From positions 992,001 through 1,056,000 of the forward strand of contig CM074813.1 in the NCBI GenBank assembly GCA_037447605.1: DNA of 64,000 bases. The letters run 5' to 3'. The notes beneath the pieces are model-generated. The model was not told the origin of the DNA and did no database searches. It saw only the letters and a program-made list of their open reading frames with translations. Each line of letters opens with the position of its first letter. Positions within the stretch are counted from its first letter, which is position 1. Below are positions 1 through 12,314 of the stretch, piece after piece. The translations under genes and the position numbers were made by a program. The DNA comes from Zygnema circumcarinatum SAG 698-1b (Eukaryota; Plantae; Zygnematophyceae).

Positions 1-32
1 ATCCTACATCCCATACCGCCTTGTTTCATGAA

Positions 33-3017
33 TCATTCACTACCCGATTTTGTCAATACGGTCTGTACATTTTTTGTGGACATTTTTACATTTTGTCCAT
101 ACCATCACAGAAAATAAATAAAGTTGTTCTACCTCAATAAACCTCACCTCAAGGAACCAGGTGTCGTTTAGCGGTTTCTCTCCGTACCCTCCGAAAAGAA
201 GAATGCGTTCTGTTCCAATAGCTTCTGCCGTATGTCCACACCTCGCAGGAGGAGGGCCTCCGAGAACCATCGGCTTTATCCTGTGATTTGCAATCATGCA
301 CTGAGAACGCTATATTAGGAAGTCTGAGATGGTCAACAAAAACTAGAAGAACTCTGAACGAACTTTATGATTGCGTCGTGAAACTCAGATGAGGCTTCTT
401 CCCTCCTTGTTTCTTCTTGCACGAATAAGTAATGTGGTAATTTGTACCAGGCTCGAGTTCGTGTATCCAAAATATGAACGTCATTGAAAGATGCATCATC
501 TCCGTGGCCTCCAATAACATACTGCAGCCAAACAGAGAAGTGTCAGAGCAGATATGGTTTTCAAAGTGCATAAAATCCGGCTTTCTGCTTAACTAGCACT
601 TTTCTTCTCGGAAGTAAACTTACCCATTAACTTGTATTCACTGAAAGCTGTTTCCATCATTTTTTTTTGTTCATTCATGCATTCATTCAAACGTTGCTTC
701 CATCGCTCATATTCCATCGTAAACTGTCAGGACAAAAGCTCCAAAACACCTCAAGCACAGCGAGTCATGGTGCAAGATAGAAACAGGGATGAGTGAAGAA
801 ACGGACAATGCGTGTCCCAATTGTCGTTGCTGTGTGGGAAGAGCGCGGTGCAGGAGCCTCTCCTGACAGCACCGGCATGGTCCATGTGCCCTCCTCCGTT
901 TCCAATTCCAGCACATCTCCCTGCACCCGCAGTCGCCACCTGGCCGAAATTTAAATGAATGATTTCATACAAAATTTGTTCAGCTGCAAGAAAAGGATTA
1001 AAAGTTACATTATTTTTGCATTTCGTTGTCCTTTTCATATGTTTGAACTCTGCAGGCATGGCTGGGACTTACTGGGCTGCCAACTCACCAACGTCTTTTC
1101 TCCACCAAAGCCTCCAATGACGAATATTGAACTTCCAACAGCTGTAAATAAAAAATTACGAATGGAATTCGACTTGGAAAGAGTTAGCATAAAAATACAA
1201 AAAGCCATATACTCCTCGATAAGATGAGCATCCTCGCGAAACAGTAAAATGGTGAACAAATACATCATAATTCATAGTTCTTCCTCAAGAAATACTTCAA
1301 TAGTTGAGACATCCAGTTAAGATAAATGGATTTGAAAGGGAAAAAAAAAGGAAAATAAAACCTCATTACATCTAATGAAAATGCGCCGTGGTGCCTAGAG
1401 AAATGCATTACACTTCCTGTCAAAACCTCCGTGACGTCCAAAGGAATGATTATTAACTGACTGACATCGGCAAGATGCATTGATTGACCTCAAAAAACGA
1501 ATGCTACAAACCTTGAGTGGGTCTGAAACTGCATACAATCCACCATAGCATTACACATGAACTGGCGTCACATAAAATTTCGAAAACTCTAACAACCAAG
1601 TTGGCTTCCTTTTGTATCACATAAAGATTCAAAACTTAGACTTTAGCCAAAATTTCTCTTATAATTTGGTGCTTCGTTTTCTCTCAAGTTTATCACAAAT
1701 CCACCGTAGCCTATCGTAGTGCTGATAAATAAAACAAACGTTAACGTAGGTTATAAAGGTACTGAAAAGGTTGCAAAAAATGACTGCAGGTTCAAGTGTT
1801 TTTTCAAATTTCTACTTTGGTTTATTGTTCAAACTAACCCGAATGGGTCAATAAAGACAACCCTCAGAACGTGCTCAATCGTCATAAACATGATCCACAC
1901 GTAATACAAGTGATAGTGTACAATTCCAACCTCACCTGCTGCTGCATGGCTTCCCCGCTGCAGGGCTCCCGCCTCGACTCCCTCAACAAGGGATGTTGGG
2001 AAAGGCACCCACTCCTTCATGTTCGAGTTCAGCACCTCCACCTCCTCTCCCTCGTCCAATCCTCCATGGCCGCCAATGGCATAAATCTGCATGAAATGCG
2101 CTTAAGGATTTGAGAGACGAAGCTATGTTCGACCTACAAATTTATTACTTTCCATCCAAACATCCATGGAGCCACTTATGGCGGCAGTCAGTTCAGTTAA
2201 TTAGTCGTTGTTGCAAATGAACAGCAAGGCAGATGCGCTCGGTGCAGGATTTCTTCTTCATTTATTGTTTGCATCAGCGAATGTTTGATCTTTAAACTAC
2301 AACCAACGAAGCCAACGTGATTCTTGAATCAGATCAGCAAAATTGACTTCACAACTGCTCTAACAGCAGGAAAAGAATTTGAATATGATTTTTTCTACTT
2401 AAACTACTCCAAGCTGGTGGCTGCATTGCTACTTGTAAGATTCATTCCTTTTGCTCATCTGCAGGATCAGATCCGTCCTTCAGATTTCCTGAATCACTGC
2501 TTCTGGTAAGATTCATTCCAATTTCCTTGATCCGAATACCATCCTCCAGACCGTTCTTGCACTGATCCTCGAAGTTCAGAAGGACCTTTTTCTGATTGCC
2601 CTGTACTGAACAGGCGACGAAGTCGGTTTTGCAATATATCATACTGTTCATTTCGTAGCAAAGCGCTATCTAAGCCATCATATTTATTTTCTTGCAAGAC
2701 TCGTTTCGAAAACAAGCTCATCCATTAGGCAGTCTGCTATCACCTCCATTCCCAAATCGCCAGATTCAGTACATGTTCTCGTGCCCTGAACCAAAAGCTC
2801 CGCTCATCGCAAGATTCACTGCATGTTCTTCTTCCTACAACCAGATCTTCCGCAAAATCTATGTTTGAACAACTTCCCTTCCAAAGCGGCTTTTTGCCCA
2901 CTCGATCCTCACCTTCCTCCCTACGGAAGTTTCCAGACTGGTAATGGAGTGGTCGAAGCGCGGCAGTAAGGGCGACGCGGTGGCTGCTCCCTGCCAGCGC
3001 ACCTCCACGGCCGCCAT
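33..3017 (-). CDS. Kelch-repeat protein, 7 coding exons, about 219 aa
   Basis: Exons 3017-2913, 2086-1936, 1141-1089, 920-807, 521-448, 280-148 and 62-33 join in phase through GT-AG introns. Repeated kelch motifs: PRFDHS..IYAIGG, GSHAAAAVGSSIFVIGG, PRSSHTATTIGTRIYVIGG..NDVHILD, ARCGHTAEAIGTERILLFGG..NDTW. The start codon and last micro-exon are less certain. Confidence 0.82.
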
Positions 3018-4427
3018 GGCTGCAGCTCCCCTGAGCCCTGCTCCAGCTCAACTGGCAGCACTTTCTCCAGAGACTGCGGACCAGCAGGGGGGGGGGGGGG
3101 AAAGAAACAGGTGGTGGATGACGTCATCCGCTACGTATGCACGCACCAGGCCGTTGTGTCCGTACAGTCCCCGGCTGCCGGTGACCTCGACGCCCCGCTG
3201 CCGGTGGCTGTGGCCGGCGGACAGTGGCCGATACGCTGGCGATAACCGGTTGGTCGATACATCGATACTGCGGTGGCCCTTCCTTTCCACGACGTTCAGT
3301 CTGTGCGATCGCGGCCGCCGTTGGTACAATGTGGGGCCATGAAAGTTGCCGGCTTGGGAACATTCCGTCATGGGTCGACAACCGCCAGGGTGTGGGTTTG
3401 TGGGCAGGGCACACAGGGCTAATCCCAGCCAAGGGAGCGCATGAAGGTCGTGGCAGTGCACACGCCACGGCTCGACAAATGCTTGCCACGAAAAAATGAA
3501 GCCAAACTAGGAGCAACACGAGCCCAAGTACCCAAAAACGCAGTAAGCGCTACACGAACAGTCGGGATGAGTCCCAACTGCCCGCCTAAATAGGGAGCGA
3601 AGCTTGCGTACTTGCAAGCGGGCCTTCAGGAAGGTCGAACATACCAAGACCCAAAAAACGGTGACTTACAGAAAACTAAGGCAAGGGAAGGGGACTAGGG
3701 GAGATAAGGGAAGGAAGTGGGGAAAGAAAGGGAAGGATAGGAGTCCTTCCAAAGGACAGCAGAAATTAAGGAAGTAAGGGCAGAAAGGGCAGAAATGGCT
3801 GAATCAACGCAAAATGACAGAGCATAAGAAGGACAAGGACAAACCGAAGCCGGGACCGACGGAGACACAAAAAATCTCCCGATCGCGGCGATCCACACCG
3901 TCCGCCAGAACGCGAACCGAATCTCACGGTCCCGGATGTGCCACGTGACACGACCGACATACCGTACAATTCAAGGTGTGGCGTCATGATCGACAATGCT
4001 GTCGAAGTACTGTAATCAGTCGGTGCTCGTTGACTCGTACTTTTGGTCATTGTGTGTGCTTTCTAGTCAATTCTTTAGCCATTGCGGTACCGGTGGCAAT
4101 GGCTAACCATGGGTAAAACTCACGTGCCCGGGCAAAACCAGAAAACTGAACAAGAACTGTAGCAAAACTAGAACACTGCCTTTTTCTTTTGTGCTTAGGT
4201 CCTTTGCTTTCAGTTCCTCGTGGTTCCCCATGCTGATGTTGTCCATCATCGCCATCGTGAGATCAATGCCACTTCCTCTTCCTATAGAACTAGAATTGTA
4301 CTATTATTAACTAAAACGTGTGCTCATACACGGTGATCCCCCTACAACATGGGGATGAAATGTTCGCCTTTGAGCATGCTCAACGAGATGTGAAGGAACA
4401 ACAACACTTAGGAGTGATTTTCCTCCT

Positions 4428-5634
4428 CTAGCCCCCGTGAAGAGTTGATATGAAGGTGACCACATCTCCGTCTTCCAGAACCCCCTCGAGTCTGTCGCAC
4501 AGTTCCCAGTCCGTGTCATTCACCAACACAAGCACGCCCGGTCGCCTGCATTGCTCCTCGCACTAAACGATGTCCGATCAGACCTTCTTTTCGTATTGAA
4601 GTAAGAGCCATGAGCTAAGATCCGACATTTAAAATGCAGGGCAAAGCAGCCCTCACAGAACAGGCGATCTCAAACGAAAGCGCCAGTTAAAATAAACAAG
4701 TGTCTCATGCAACGAATGAATACAAATAAATAAATAAATAAGATAAGACCTAATCATAGAATATGCGCGGGAGAACTTACACAGACGTGTCCTTCAGAAA
4801 CATCTCCGGCCGCTCCTCGAGGACGTGATCACGGATCCAAAGCAGCAAGGCCCCGACCTTTACCTGAACCAGATACAGCTAACCTTAGTCAAGGAGTATG
4901 GTAAATCCTAGTCGGCTAGAGTTTACCTTCTGTACCTGAGTAAACTAAACATGAGTTGATCTCCTCCTTCAAGAAGTTTTATCCAACCTCTCATGCAAAG
5001 AGTGACTTGGCGTACCATCATAAGAGTTGAAACAGATCTATGTGCAGTCCTTGCCCTAATTTGACATACCTGCGGCTCCTCTGCAACAGTTGGCACATCG
5101 ACATGATGGACCTTTTTCCCGTTCACCAAAAGCTCAAGCCCACCGCTGCACAGGCAAGCGTCAGCTCTGTAAGCGAACCAAAAATGGTCAATCAGGTAAA
5201 GCACATAGATGCGCAGCTACTTTTGTACGATTGGGAAAAAATGGAGGAATGGTGATATGGGAAATTTACAAGGTCTCTCTACTAAGTAGAAATTACAGAA
5301 ATTTAGGGTTTATAGAGAAATCATTTTCGAGGGTGTGCGAGGGTTTATAGCATTTTTTATGCGTATACAAGGAATGGAGTTGCAAACTTGATAGACTTAA
5401 GGACTCTGTTGCAGTCAAGTAACGAAATTTCTGAGGCTTTCCATGGAGCTTTACAGCTTTATGCCAAAGTACCAAAAATGTCAAAAAAACCGGGAAGGAC
5501 AAAAAAAACTTAAAGAAACGAAATTGAAAAAATCTGTAACTGAAATGAAGGAAATTTGCCTGAATAAACATGCGGAAGGTCTCCCTCTCTCTCTCTCATA
5601 ACACTGACCTGAATTCAAGGGTGAGCTGCACCAT
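4428..5634 (-). CDS. URM1: Ubiquitin-related modifier 1, 4 exons, 100 aa
   Basis: Exons 5634-5609, 5145-5070, 4863-4781 and 4545-4428 give [26 protein letters not shown]...[27 protein letters not shown]...FISTLHGG*, the Urm1 signature with C-terminal GG. Confidence 0.96.
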
Positions 5635-5764
5635 GGCCTCATGCACCCGGCGGAGGGCCTTCCTTGCTCCCTGTCAGCCGTTCCGTTGAACTGCTTCGCG
5701 AGAACTGTGCCACATATGCCGTACTGTATGCGCGAGGCCCGGGCCGCATTCACATGGTGCAGGT

Positions 5765-6090
5765 ACCAACCATTGGATCAACCATTGGACCAGTTGCGAA
5801 CCATTGATTCCGCGACTCAACCAATCATTGCGAATGGCTGACAACATTTGAATCCAATGGTTGAACCATATTTGCGACTCAACCAACCATTGCCAACCAG
5901 TGGTTGGCAACCATGCAACCATTGAACGATTGCGATTCGCGAACCAAACAACCATTGCCAATGGTTGCAACCATTGGACTCCTCCATTGATGGCGCCCAA
6001 TAGGTGCTACCCATTCAAATAGCTGCAACCATTGGCGTCGGACCCAATCAACCATTGGTATCCAATGGTTGCCATCCAATGGTTGGCCAA
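5765..6090. repeat. Array of AACCATTGG/CCAATGGTT motifs in both orientations
   Basis: Roughly 15 exact or near-exact copies visible within about 330 bp, upstream of URM1. Confidence 0.85.
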
Positions 6091-6294
6091 CGGCTGGCGA
6101 TCCCTAGGACCTCCGCAATGATTGCACCTGCCTTTTGCCAATTCCCCATTTCCGAATTTTGAAAATGCATCAAAATGTATGCAATGTCGCGCATTCTCCA
6201 ATGGGAACTTGCCACGTTGGAAATCTTGCACTCGTGGCGGATACCCATTAGATGATGCTCCATTGTAGTTCGCTCCAAAAGCTCAATTTTTTGG

Positions 6295-7221
6295 GGGTAG
6301 TGATATTTCCACCCCTTTTTTGGATCCAAACACCCCTTCCCGGCCGGGCAGATTTCAAAAAGGATTAAAACCGGAAAATGCTTTTTTCACACCTTTTTGG
6401 AATCGATACCCACCCTCCATCGGCAGATTGTATTTTTGCGAAACAAGGAAAATTATAACCCTTCACTCCATTTGAATATCCCGCCTACCTGAATTTTTTT
6501 TCACGCGTGCGGTCAATCGCAGCCGTCGATTCCCTCGCAGATCGCAACAAGGCAGATCACTATTTGATCTGCAGCCGGGCTCGGTCACAGCGAATGGCAC
6601 GGGCCCACGTATCCCGCCAAAGTCGTCTAAAAAAATTGTACGTACAAATGTCGTACGGTCGTAGTCATTGAGAGTTTGGACCAATCAAAAATTTCCACGT
6701 TTAAAATGTTACACGTGGCAAATGTTGATTGGTTGGGAGCTGACAATAGAACAAGATCTTGGGCCGAGGTACGCGCGCACTCGCTCGTGCGATCCGGCTT
6801 TGACGGGAATCGTGGGCGCTTTCCATTCGCTGCGATCGAGCCCGGCTGCAGATCGAACGGTGATCTGCAGTGGTGCGATCTGCGAGGGAATCGACAGCTG
6901 CGATTGATACACACGTGTGAAGGACGGACACCCGCGAACGATCTCGTGGCGGACGGATCTTCCGCTCCGAGCGGATTCGGGCAGGCAGATATTTCTTTTC
7001 CTCAAAAAAAAAATTCAGGTAGGCGGGATACAGTATTCAAAATGCGGTGACGGGGTATCATTTTCCTTGGTTAGCAAAAATAAAATCAGCCGACGGAAGA
7101 AGGTGGGTATCGATTCCAAAAAGGTGTGAAAAAAGCATTTTCCTTTTTTAATCCCTTTTGAAATCTGCCCGGCCGGGAAGGGGTGTTTGGATCCAAAAAA
7201 GGGGTGGAAATATCACTACCC
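6295..7221. mobile_element. Foldback / Mutator-like non-autonomous DNA transposon
   Basis: GGGTAGTGATATTTCCACCCC... at 6295 mirrors ...GGGGTGGAAATATCACTACCC at 7221. Inverted similarity extends over 300 bp inward. Flanked by the direct repeat TTTTTTGG (6287-6294 and 7222-7229). Confidence 0.88.
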
Positions 7222-7260
7222 TTTTTTGGGTGCAGAATTCGAAGGTCGAATTTGGCGAAC

Positions 7261-7276
7261 GGCGTGACGTCACGCC
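7261..7276. promoter_or_regulatory. Perfect 16-bp palindrome containing a TGACGTCA (C-box/CRE) core
   Basis: GGCGTGACGTCACGCC, about 640 bp upstream of the FkbM gene start. Function is inferred only. Confidence 0.4.
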
Positions 7277-7889
7277 CCATCTTCCTCGCTCTCATTTCCA
7301 TGGCTGCCGCGGAGGCAGGAGCAATGGCCTGTCGCCGTTCCATGTGCTGATTTCAGTTTCGATTTGCAATTCCAACAGCAGTTTGACGTCGTTCCATGTT
7401 CATGGAACGTATTCTGCCGCGGGTCCGTTGAAATCTGGCGAGTATGAAACTCGACATCGGCTAGAGGATAAATTTGTTGAATTTGATGCTGCATTTCACA
7501 CGCTGCCGGATTTCGGACCTTTCTCCCTCCCTTGTCGCTGGAAGGCCGCAGTTCCAGGAAAAAAAGGGACCAGAGAATCTGAAGGAAAAAAAATAGGGTT
7601 TAACACCTCCCTACATTAAGTTTCGAGTTTGCCGATTTTCAGTTTGGCTGAAATCTGAGAAATTTGAAATTATCAGGCCATCAAGGCTGGAATTTAACAT
7701 TTTAAGGATTTTTAAAGCGCAGAAAAAATTGCGCTAAGCGATTTACAGTACAGGTAGGACACGTATCTTTTAAGTTTTTTTATTTTTCTGGTTCTGTGAA
7801 AGGGACTTTGGCGTTTGAACCATGTTCTGTGATGCAAGTGGTTCATGGACATATTTTTGAGAGACGAAGTGTCTTGCACACAAATTCGA

Positions 7890-7905
7890 GGGTTTAGGGT
7901 TTAGG
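7890..7905. promoter_or_regulatory. Telo-box-like TTTAGGG doublet just before the start codon
   Basis: GGGTTTAGGGTTTAGG ends 8 nt before ATG 7913. Confidence 0.45.
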
Positions 7906-7912
7906 CGGTGCG

Positions 7913-10403
7913 ATGGCCGTCAGCGTAAAGAAGGAAAAAGTGCACCCCAGCTTTCACAAACATCAGGTAAGTGCCCTATGGCGCCTCTCTCTCTCCCCCT
8001 CTCTCTCTCTCGCTCTCTCCCTTTTTCTCTCCCACTCAACCGCCCTCTCTCCCTCATTTGTCATAAACCTTGTATCAATTCATGACTTAAAGCAGTGTTT
8101 CATTCCAACTCTCCACCTTTTGGACGCATTTCAATTATCGAACCTCCGCTTTTCTTCCATAATTTGCTGAAAATCAATCTTTTGTCCCAAACCTCATGTA
8201 TTTGTCATTTTCGATCGCAACCGTCTATGGCTCTCATCTCATGAAGGGGTCCTGCATAGCATTCTCACATGCTGATCACTGTCTTTTATCCCTGAGCTTC
8301 GTTCTTCTTTAAATTGCTTCCCATTCTGACCTCATAGCACTACTTTTTTTCAGTAAATTTCACATTCTTTGTTCCATAGTCTATTCGGGGTATTGCCAGG
8401 TGTCTACTACTATCGAGCAGTATTGTAGACTCACTTTAACCTCTCCTCGGGATTGCTCAACTCCAAGGAAGTTTCTCCAAAATAGCTGCCATCTAATTAA
8501 AACCTGCTTTGCTTTAACTTTGGCAGTCGTTGACCACCTTCCAGCGGTTCCTCCCATGGTTCACATTCGCTTTACTTCTAGCCATTGCTTCTGTACTTCT
8601 GGCTGCCGCCATATTTCCGGGCTATGTATTTCTGTGCCCAGAAACTCTCATCCGCCTGCCTGACCAGTGCGTAAAGCTCGATACCGACAAGACAGCCGCC
8701 TTCTGGATGTCAGGGCGGCAGGAGTTTGACTGCGTTAAGGTGGGCAAGGGTTCAGGAACTTCAATGAAATGGTGAATCGAGTGATTTAAATGATGCACAT
8801 GATTCTCTACTACTCTGTCTAGCTGGCTATCTTACTCTCTCTTTTCTCTCTCTCACTCTTTCTCTCACCCTCATACCATCTCCTTCTCTCCAGGCTCCGC
8901 AAGCTTCCCCAGTGGTAGCGCACTGGATGGACGAAGTGAAGTACCCGTTCTTTCTCTCCTTACTCGACGTTGGCTCTTCGAAAATTCCGACTAAAAATAT
9001 GGGAAGGTTGCTCAATAGAAAGCCGTTTCTGCGTGAAGACATCTCGAGCATCATTCAAGTACAGTAGTGATATCCATCCCTACTTGAATTTTGTTCTGCA
9101 ATCTCAATCACAGCACGTATGCATATACACAGAAAACAATTTTACTGACAATCATTACTAACCTTTCAATGTCTTTCTGCAGTCGGCGCTCGAAAATTTA
9201 ATTGAAAGCAAACTGGTCCAAACGGACTCAGTTGTGGTCGACGTGGGAGCTGGATTTGGTGCTGCAACGTTTGCAGCAACGGCCATGGGAGTTCGCGTGA
9301 TCACGTTGGAACCCATCTTCGAAAATGTACAACGAATTTGTGATGGAATCTATTTGAATCGAGTGCAGAACTTGGTTAAGGTCCACCTTGCTGCTGCCTC
9401 GGAAATGGAAGCTAATATTACGGTCCATAAGGTGGGTAATTTTTTTTCCCTCCCTCCTTTCCCTCCCTCCCTCCCTCCCACCCGCCCTCCCTCAATTCCT
9501 CCTTCCCTACCTCCCGCGCCTCAACCCCTCCCTCTCTCCCGTTCTCCCTCCCTCCTCTCCCTCCCCTCCCTCCCCTCCCTTGCCCCCCACAGTCTCTCTA
9601 CATGCCCTCTCTCAGTCACCCCCTCTTGCCCTGTCTTTGGAACTGCATCCCTCATTTTTCCTGTGGTGTTGGAATGGGGCGAAAATCATTGCGCACAGCG
9701 TTTTCCACCAAGTTTTCCATTATCGCAAACTGTTTTCTGGATGTATTTTCTTAAGTGCACGTAGGGATTTTAGTATTTGAGATTTAGGAGTTTAGAGTTT
9801 TTCGCATTTTTGGTCTTCAAAGGCACTTTGGCTTTCCCGAAGACCGGATTCCTAGCTCTCTGAAAGATCTGGCTGCATGTGCTGTAAAAGTCCAACTCGA
9901 CTTAGAGTGAAAAAGTGGACTCAAACTGGACTCTGAAGGGACCACACACATCCAAAAAGTTCAACTTTTGAATTCCCTTCTCAAAAAACTGACATATAAA
10001 ACCCTTCGTCCTAATGCAGAGACTGAACCATCCGGACCATAGCGCAGTGAAGGAGAAAGTGACGAAACTGGCCGACTCAGGCAAAACCAATCTTGTCATT
10101 CCTGTCCCCGTGGAAGCCCTCTCTATCGACACCATCATTCCCAAAAAGCAGCATGTTGCCATCCTGAAGATCACAGTGCAGGGGTGGGAGCTGCACGCCC
10201 TCCAGGGGGCCACAGAGCTGCTCTCGAGGCCGCCCGGCCAAGCCCCTTTTCTAGTGTACGAAGAAGATAAAATTTTTCTGCGGGCAAGCAACACGAGCGT
10301 CGCGGAAATTCGGACTTTTTTGAAGGGTTTAGGGTACGACTCGTGCGAGAGCGCCCTGGGACATGTTCACTGCAGGAAGGAGCTGCCGGGCGGGCGGAGA
10401 TGA
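7913..10403 (+). CDS. Plant-type FkbM-family SAM-dependent methyltransferase with N-terminal membrane anchor, 5 exons, about 354 aa
   Basis: Exons 7913-7966, 8527-8739, 8894-9058, 9183-9431 and 10020-10403, all phase 0. Hydrophobic segment FTFALLLAIASVLLAAAIF, SAM motif VVDVGAGFG, EPIFENVQRICDGIYLNRV, LKITVQGWELHALQGA, APFLVYEED. Confidence 0.88.
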
Positions 10404-10751
10404 TGATGATGATGATGGTGCATGCATGTGCATGGGATGAGGGGGGGGAGGGGGAGGAACAATCTGGTAAATAAACCGGATTTTTTATGTTGCAGGGGGT
10501 GTTAGGAGTTTATCTCGAAAATTTTAATTGTAAAGCTCAATTTTTGTTTTTTCAATCAAAGCTGAGTTCAATTTTGTTGCGGTAACGAGAGTTGGACGGT
10601 TTTTGGCAATCGAAGAAAGGCGGCAATTCTAGGAAGTTGGACAATCGACTGGAAGTTTTTTTTCCCAGTAGTACTGAAGATTTTGTTCGTTCTTCTTTCT
10701 CCTTTCTTTTGAAGATTTCTTCTTTCTTAACTCTAAAACGTATAGATATTA

Positions 10752-10908
10752 GGGGGTGTCAGACTTAACAAAATCTTACGAAAAGCGTTACGAAAAAAAA
10801 GGTTACGAAAGTACTCCGCCGCAGGAGGATCGCGATCATACTGGAGTACTCGTTCTGATGTCAAACTTACGAACACGCGTACTGAAATGTTTTAAGTCTG
10901 ACACCCCC
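10752..10908. mobile_element. MITE, 157 bp
   Basis: 17-bp TIR GGGGGTGTCAGACTTAA / TTAAGTCTGACACCCCC, flanked by TATTA on both sides (contains TA). A related copy lies at 11573-11697. Confidence 0.85.
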
Positions 10909-11572
10909 TATTAGAACGCTTTAATTCTGAAATCTCTAGTTGTCCCTTGTACGGACTTTCGTCCATCCCTAGTTACGATCGAGCCTCCTCAAATAGGGGA
11001 TTTTGGCCTAAGATAGGGGACTGGCCCCTACATTGGCTTTGTAAAACCCGTAAATAAAGCATGTACTGACGATAAATATGTACGGATATGTACGGGTGAC
11101 GCTCCTTCTGCGGGCATGTACCCTAAACCCAGAACCCCACAACCCTAACCCTAAACAAACATCCGTTCGCGGTCTACTTCAGTTTGAAGCAGTTCTAAAG
11201 CCGTCGTCGTGTTGAGCCTCGAAGCAGCAGCAGCAACAGCAAAGGAGTGGGGACAATTTTTATTTCATTTTCAATTTCAGTTCCTATTTCAGTTTTTCCT
11301 TTTGTGGCTGAAACCCAGAACTTTGCAGGTTATGATTTGGAAAAAAAAGGACTTGTAGGCTTTTATGGCTGTTAAGTTGAAATCCCTACAATGTCAATTT
11401 GTCCCATAAATAAGCTATTTACGCCATTTATGGGATATCCCTTATTTGAGGAGGCCTGGTGATCGATTCTGCCGTTTCGTACGGTCAGGGGCGGGAGAAC
11501 AAGGCCCGGGAGAATGCTACTGCACCCCCTATTTTGGTTATCCCACCTCCCCCCCTATTTGAAAATTTTGCC

Positions 11573-11697
11573 AGACTTAACGAAATCTTACGAACAAAAA
11601 AGTTTTGTAAGTACTCCGCCGCGCCAGGATTGCGATGTCACCGAAGTACTCGTTCTGGTCTCAAACTTAACGAACAATTTTTAAGTCTGACACCCCC
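11573..11697. mobile_element. Left-truncated second MITE copy inside the left MULE TIR
   Basis: AGACTTAACGAAATCTTACGAA..AAGTACTCCGCCGC..GTACTCGTTCTG..TCAAACTT..TTAAGTCTGACACCCCC matches 10752-10908 and is absent from the right TIR. Confidence 0.8.
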
Positions 11698-11883
11698 TAT
11701 TGTGGTTATCCCACCCACCCCCCTGTTTTGGATATTTCACCCCCTTATCTTGGATATTCCACCCCCCCCCCTGCTTTGGGTATTTCGGGAGGGAATCTTT
11801 TGCCCTCCCCTCCCATCCCCTCCCCTCCCCTCCCCTCCCCTGCCCTGCCCTCCCTTGCCTTCCTCTCCTCTGCTCGGTTTGCA

Positions 11884-12150
11884 ATGTCCATAGAAATGTT
11901 ACCAACTGAGTATGAGACCCGCGATGAGCTCGTACAAGTCATCACCGAGCACTACAAGCACGAAGGAGTTCACATCAAGATCGGCAGGCATAGAGACTAA
12001 AAACAACAACATCTTGAGATCAATGCAAATCTCCTTTTCTTTTGTTGCACAATGTTGGAAGTCAGTAATGAAAAGAAAAATAACAGGCTGCGGATCAAGA
12101 TCCTCGTGCGTTGCCCTTTTATAGAAATGTCTTCGAACCTTAATTATGTG
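11884..12150 (+). pseudogene. Possible degenerate MuDR/FAR1-type transposase N-terminal fragment
   Basis: MSIEMLPTEYETRDELVQVITEHYKHEGVHIKIGRHRD*...FFCC...RCPFI resembles the pattern of the MULE N-terminal DNA-binding region. It has an in-frame stop and lies just inside the left TIR. Pattern match only. Confidence 0.4.
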
Positions 12151-12267
12151 AAGTGAACTGAAACGGAAACTGATCTAACACATAAGCTGAATGGGTACGC
12201 GATATATCCCATTTTCTGCGCATTCAATTCAATGAAACGTACAACCAATCAGGTCGCGCGACGTGGC

Positions 12268-12277
12268 NNNNNNNNNN
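12268..12277. other. Assembly gap (10 N), probably hiding the Gypsy 5' LTR and PBS
   Basis: N run between MULE sequence and Gypsy gag. Other 10-N gaps are at 38493-38502, 51016-51025 and 57686-57695. Confidence 0.9.
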
Positions 12278-12314
12278 ACTGGGAGTGGATGTAAGGCAGC
12301 AGCGCGTCGCCACC

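Noticed and set aside
2442-2880. Short ORFs within kelch intron 1
   Set aside because: Exons 1 and 2 join in phase without them and they show no recognisable motif.
3048-3050. Selenocysteine read-through from the upstream ORF into the kelch CDS
   Set aside because: No redox motif or recognisable SECIS, and the upstream peptide is not kelch-like.
4923-5040. Possible duplicated URM1 exon 3 in intron 2 ([13 protein letters not shown])
   Set aside because: Similarity is limited to a few residues and there is no convincing acceptor.
7158-7619. 153-aa + strand ORF
   Set aside because: It starts inside the right arm of the foldback transposon at a non-ATG codon and has no recognisable domain.
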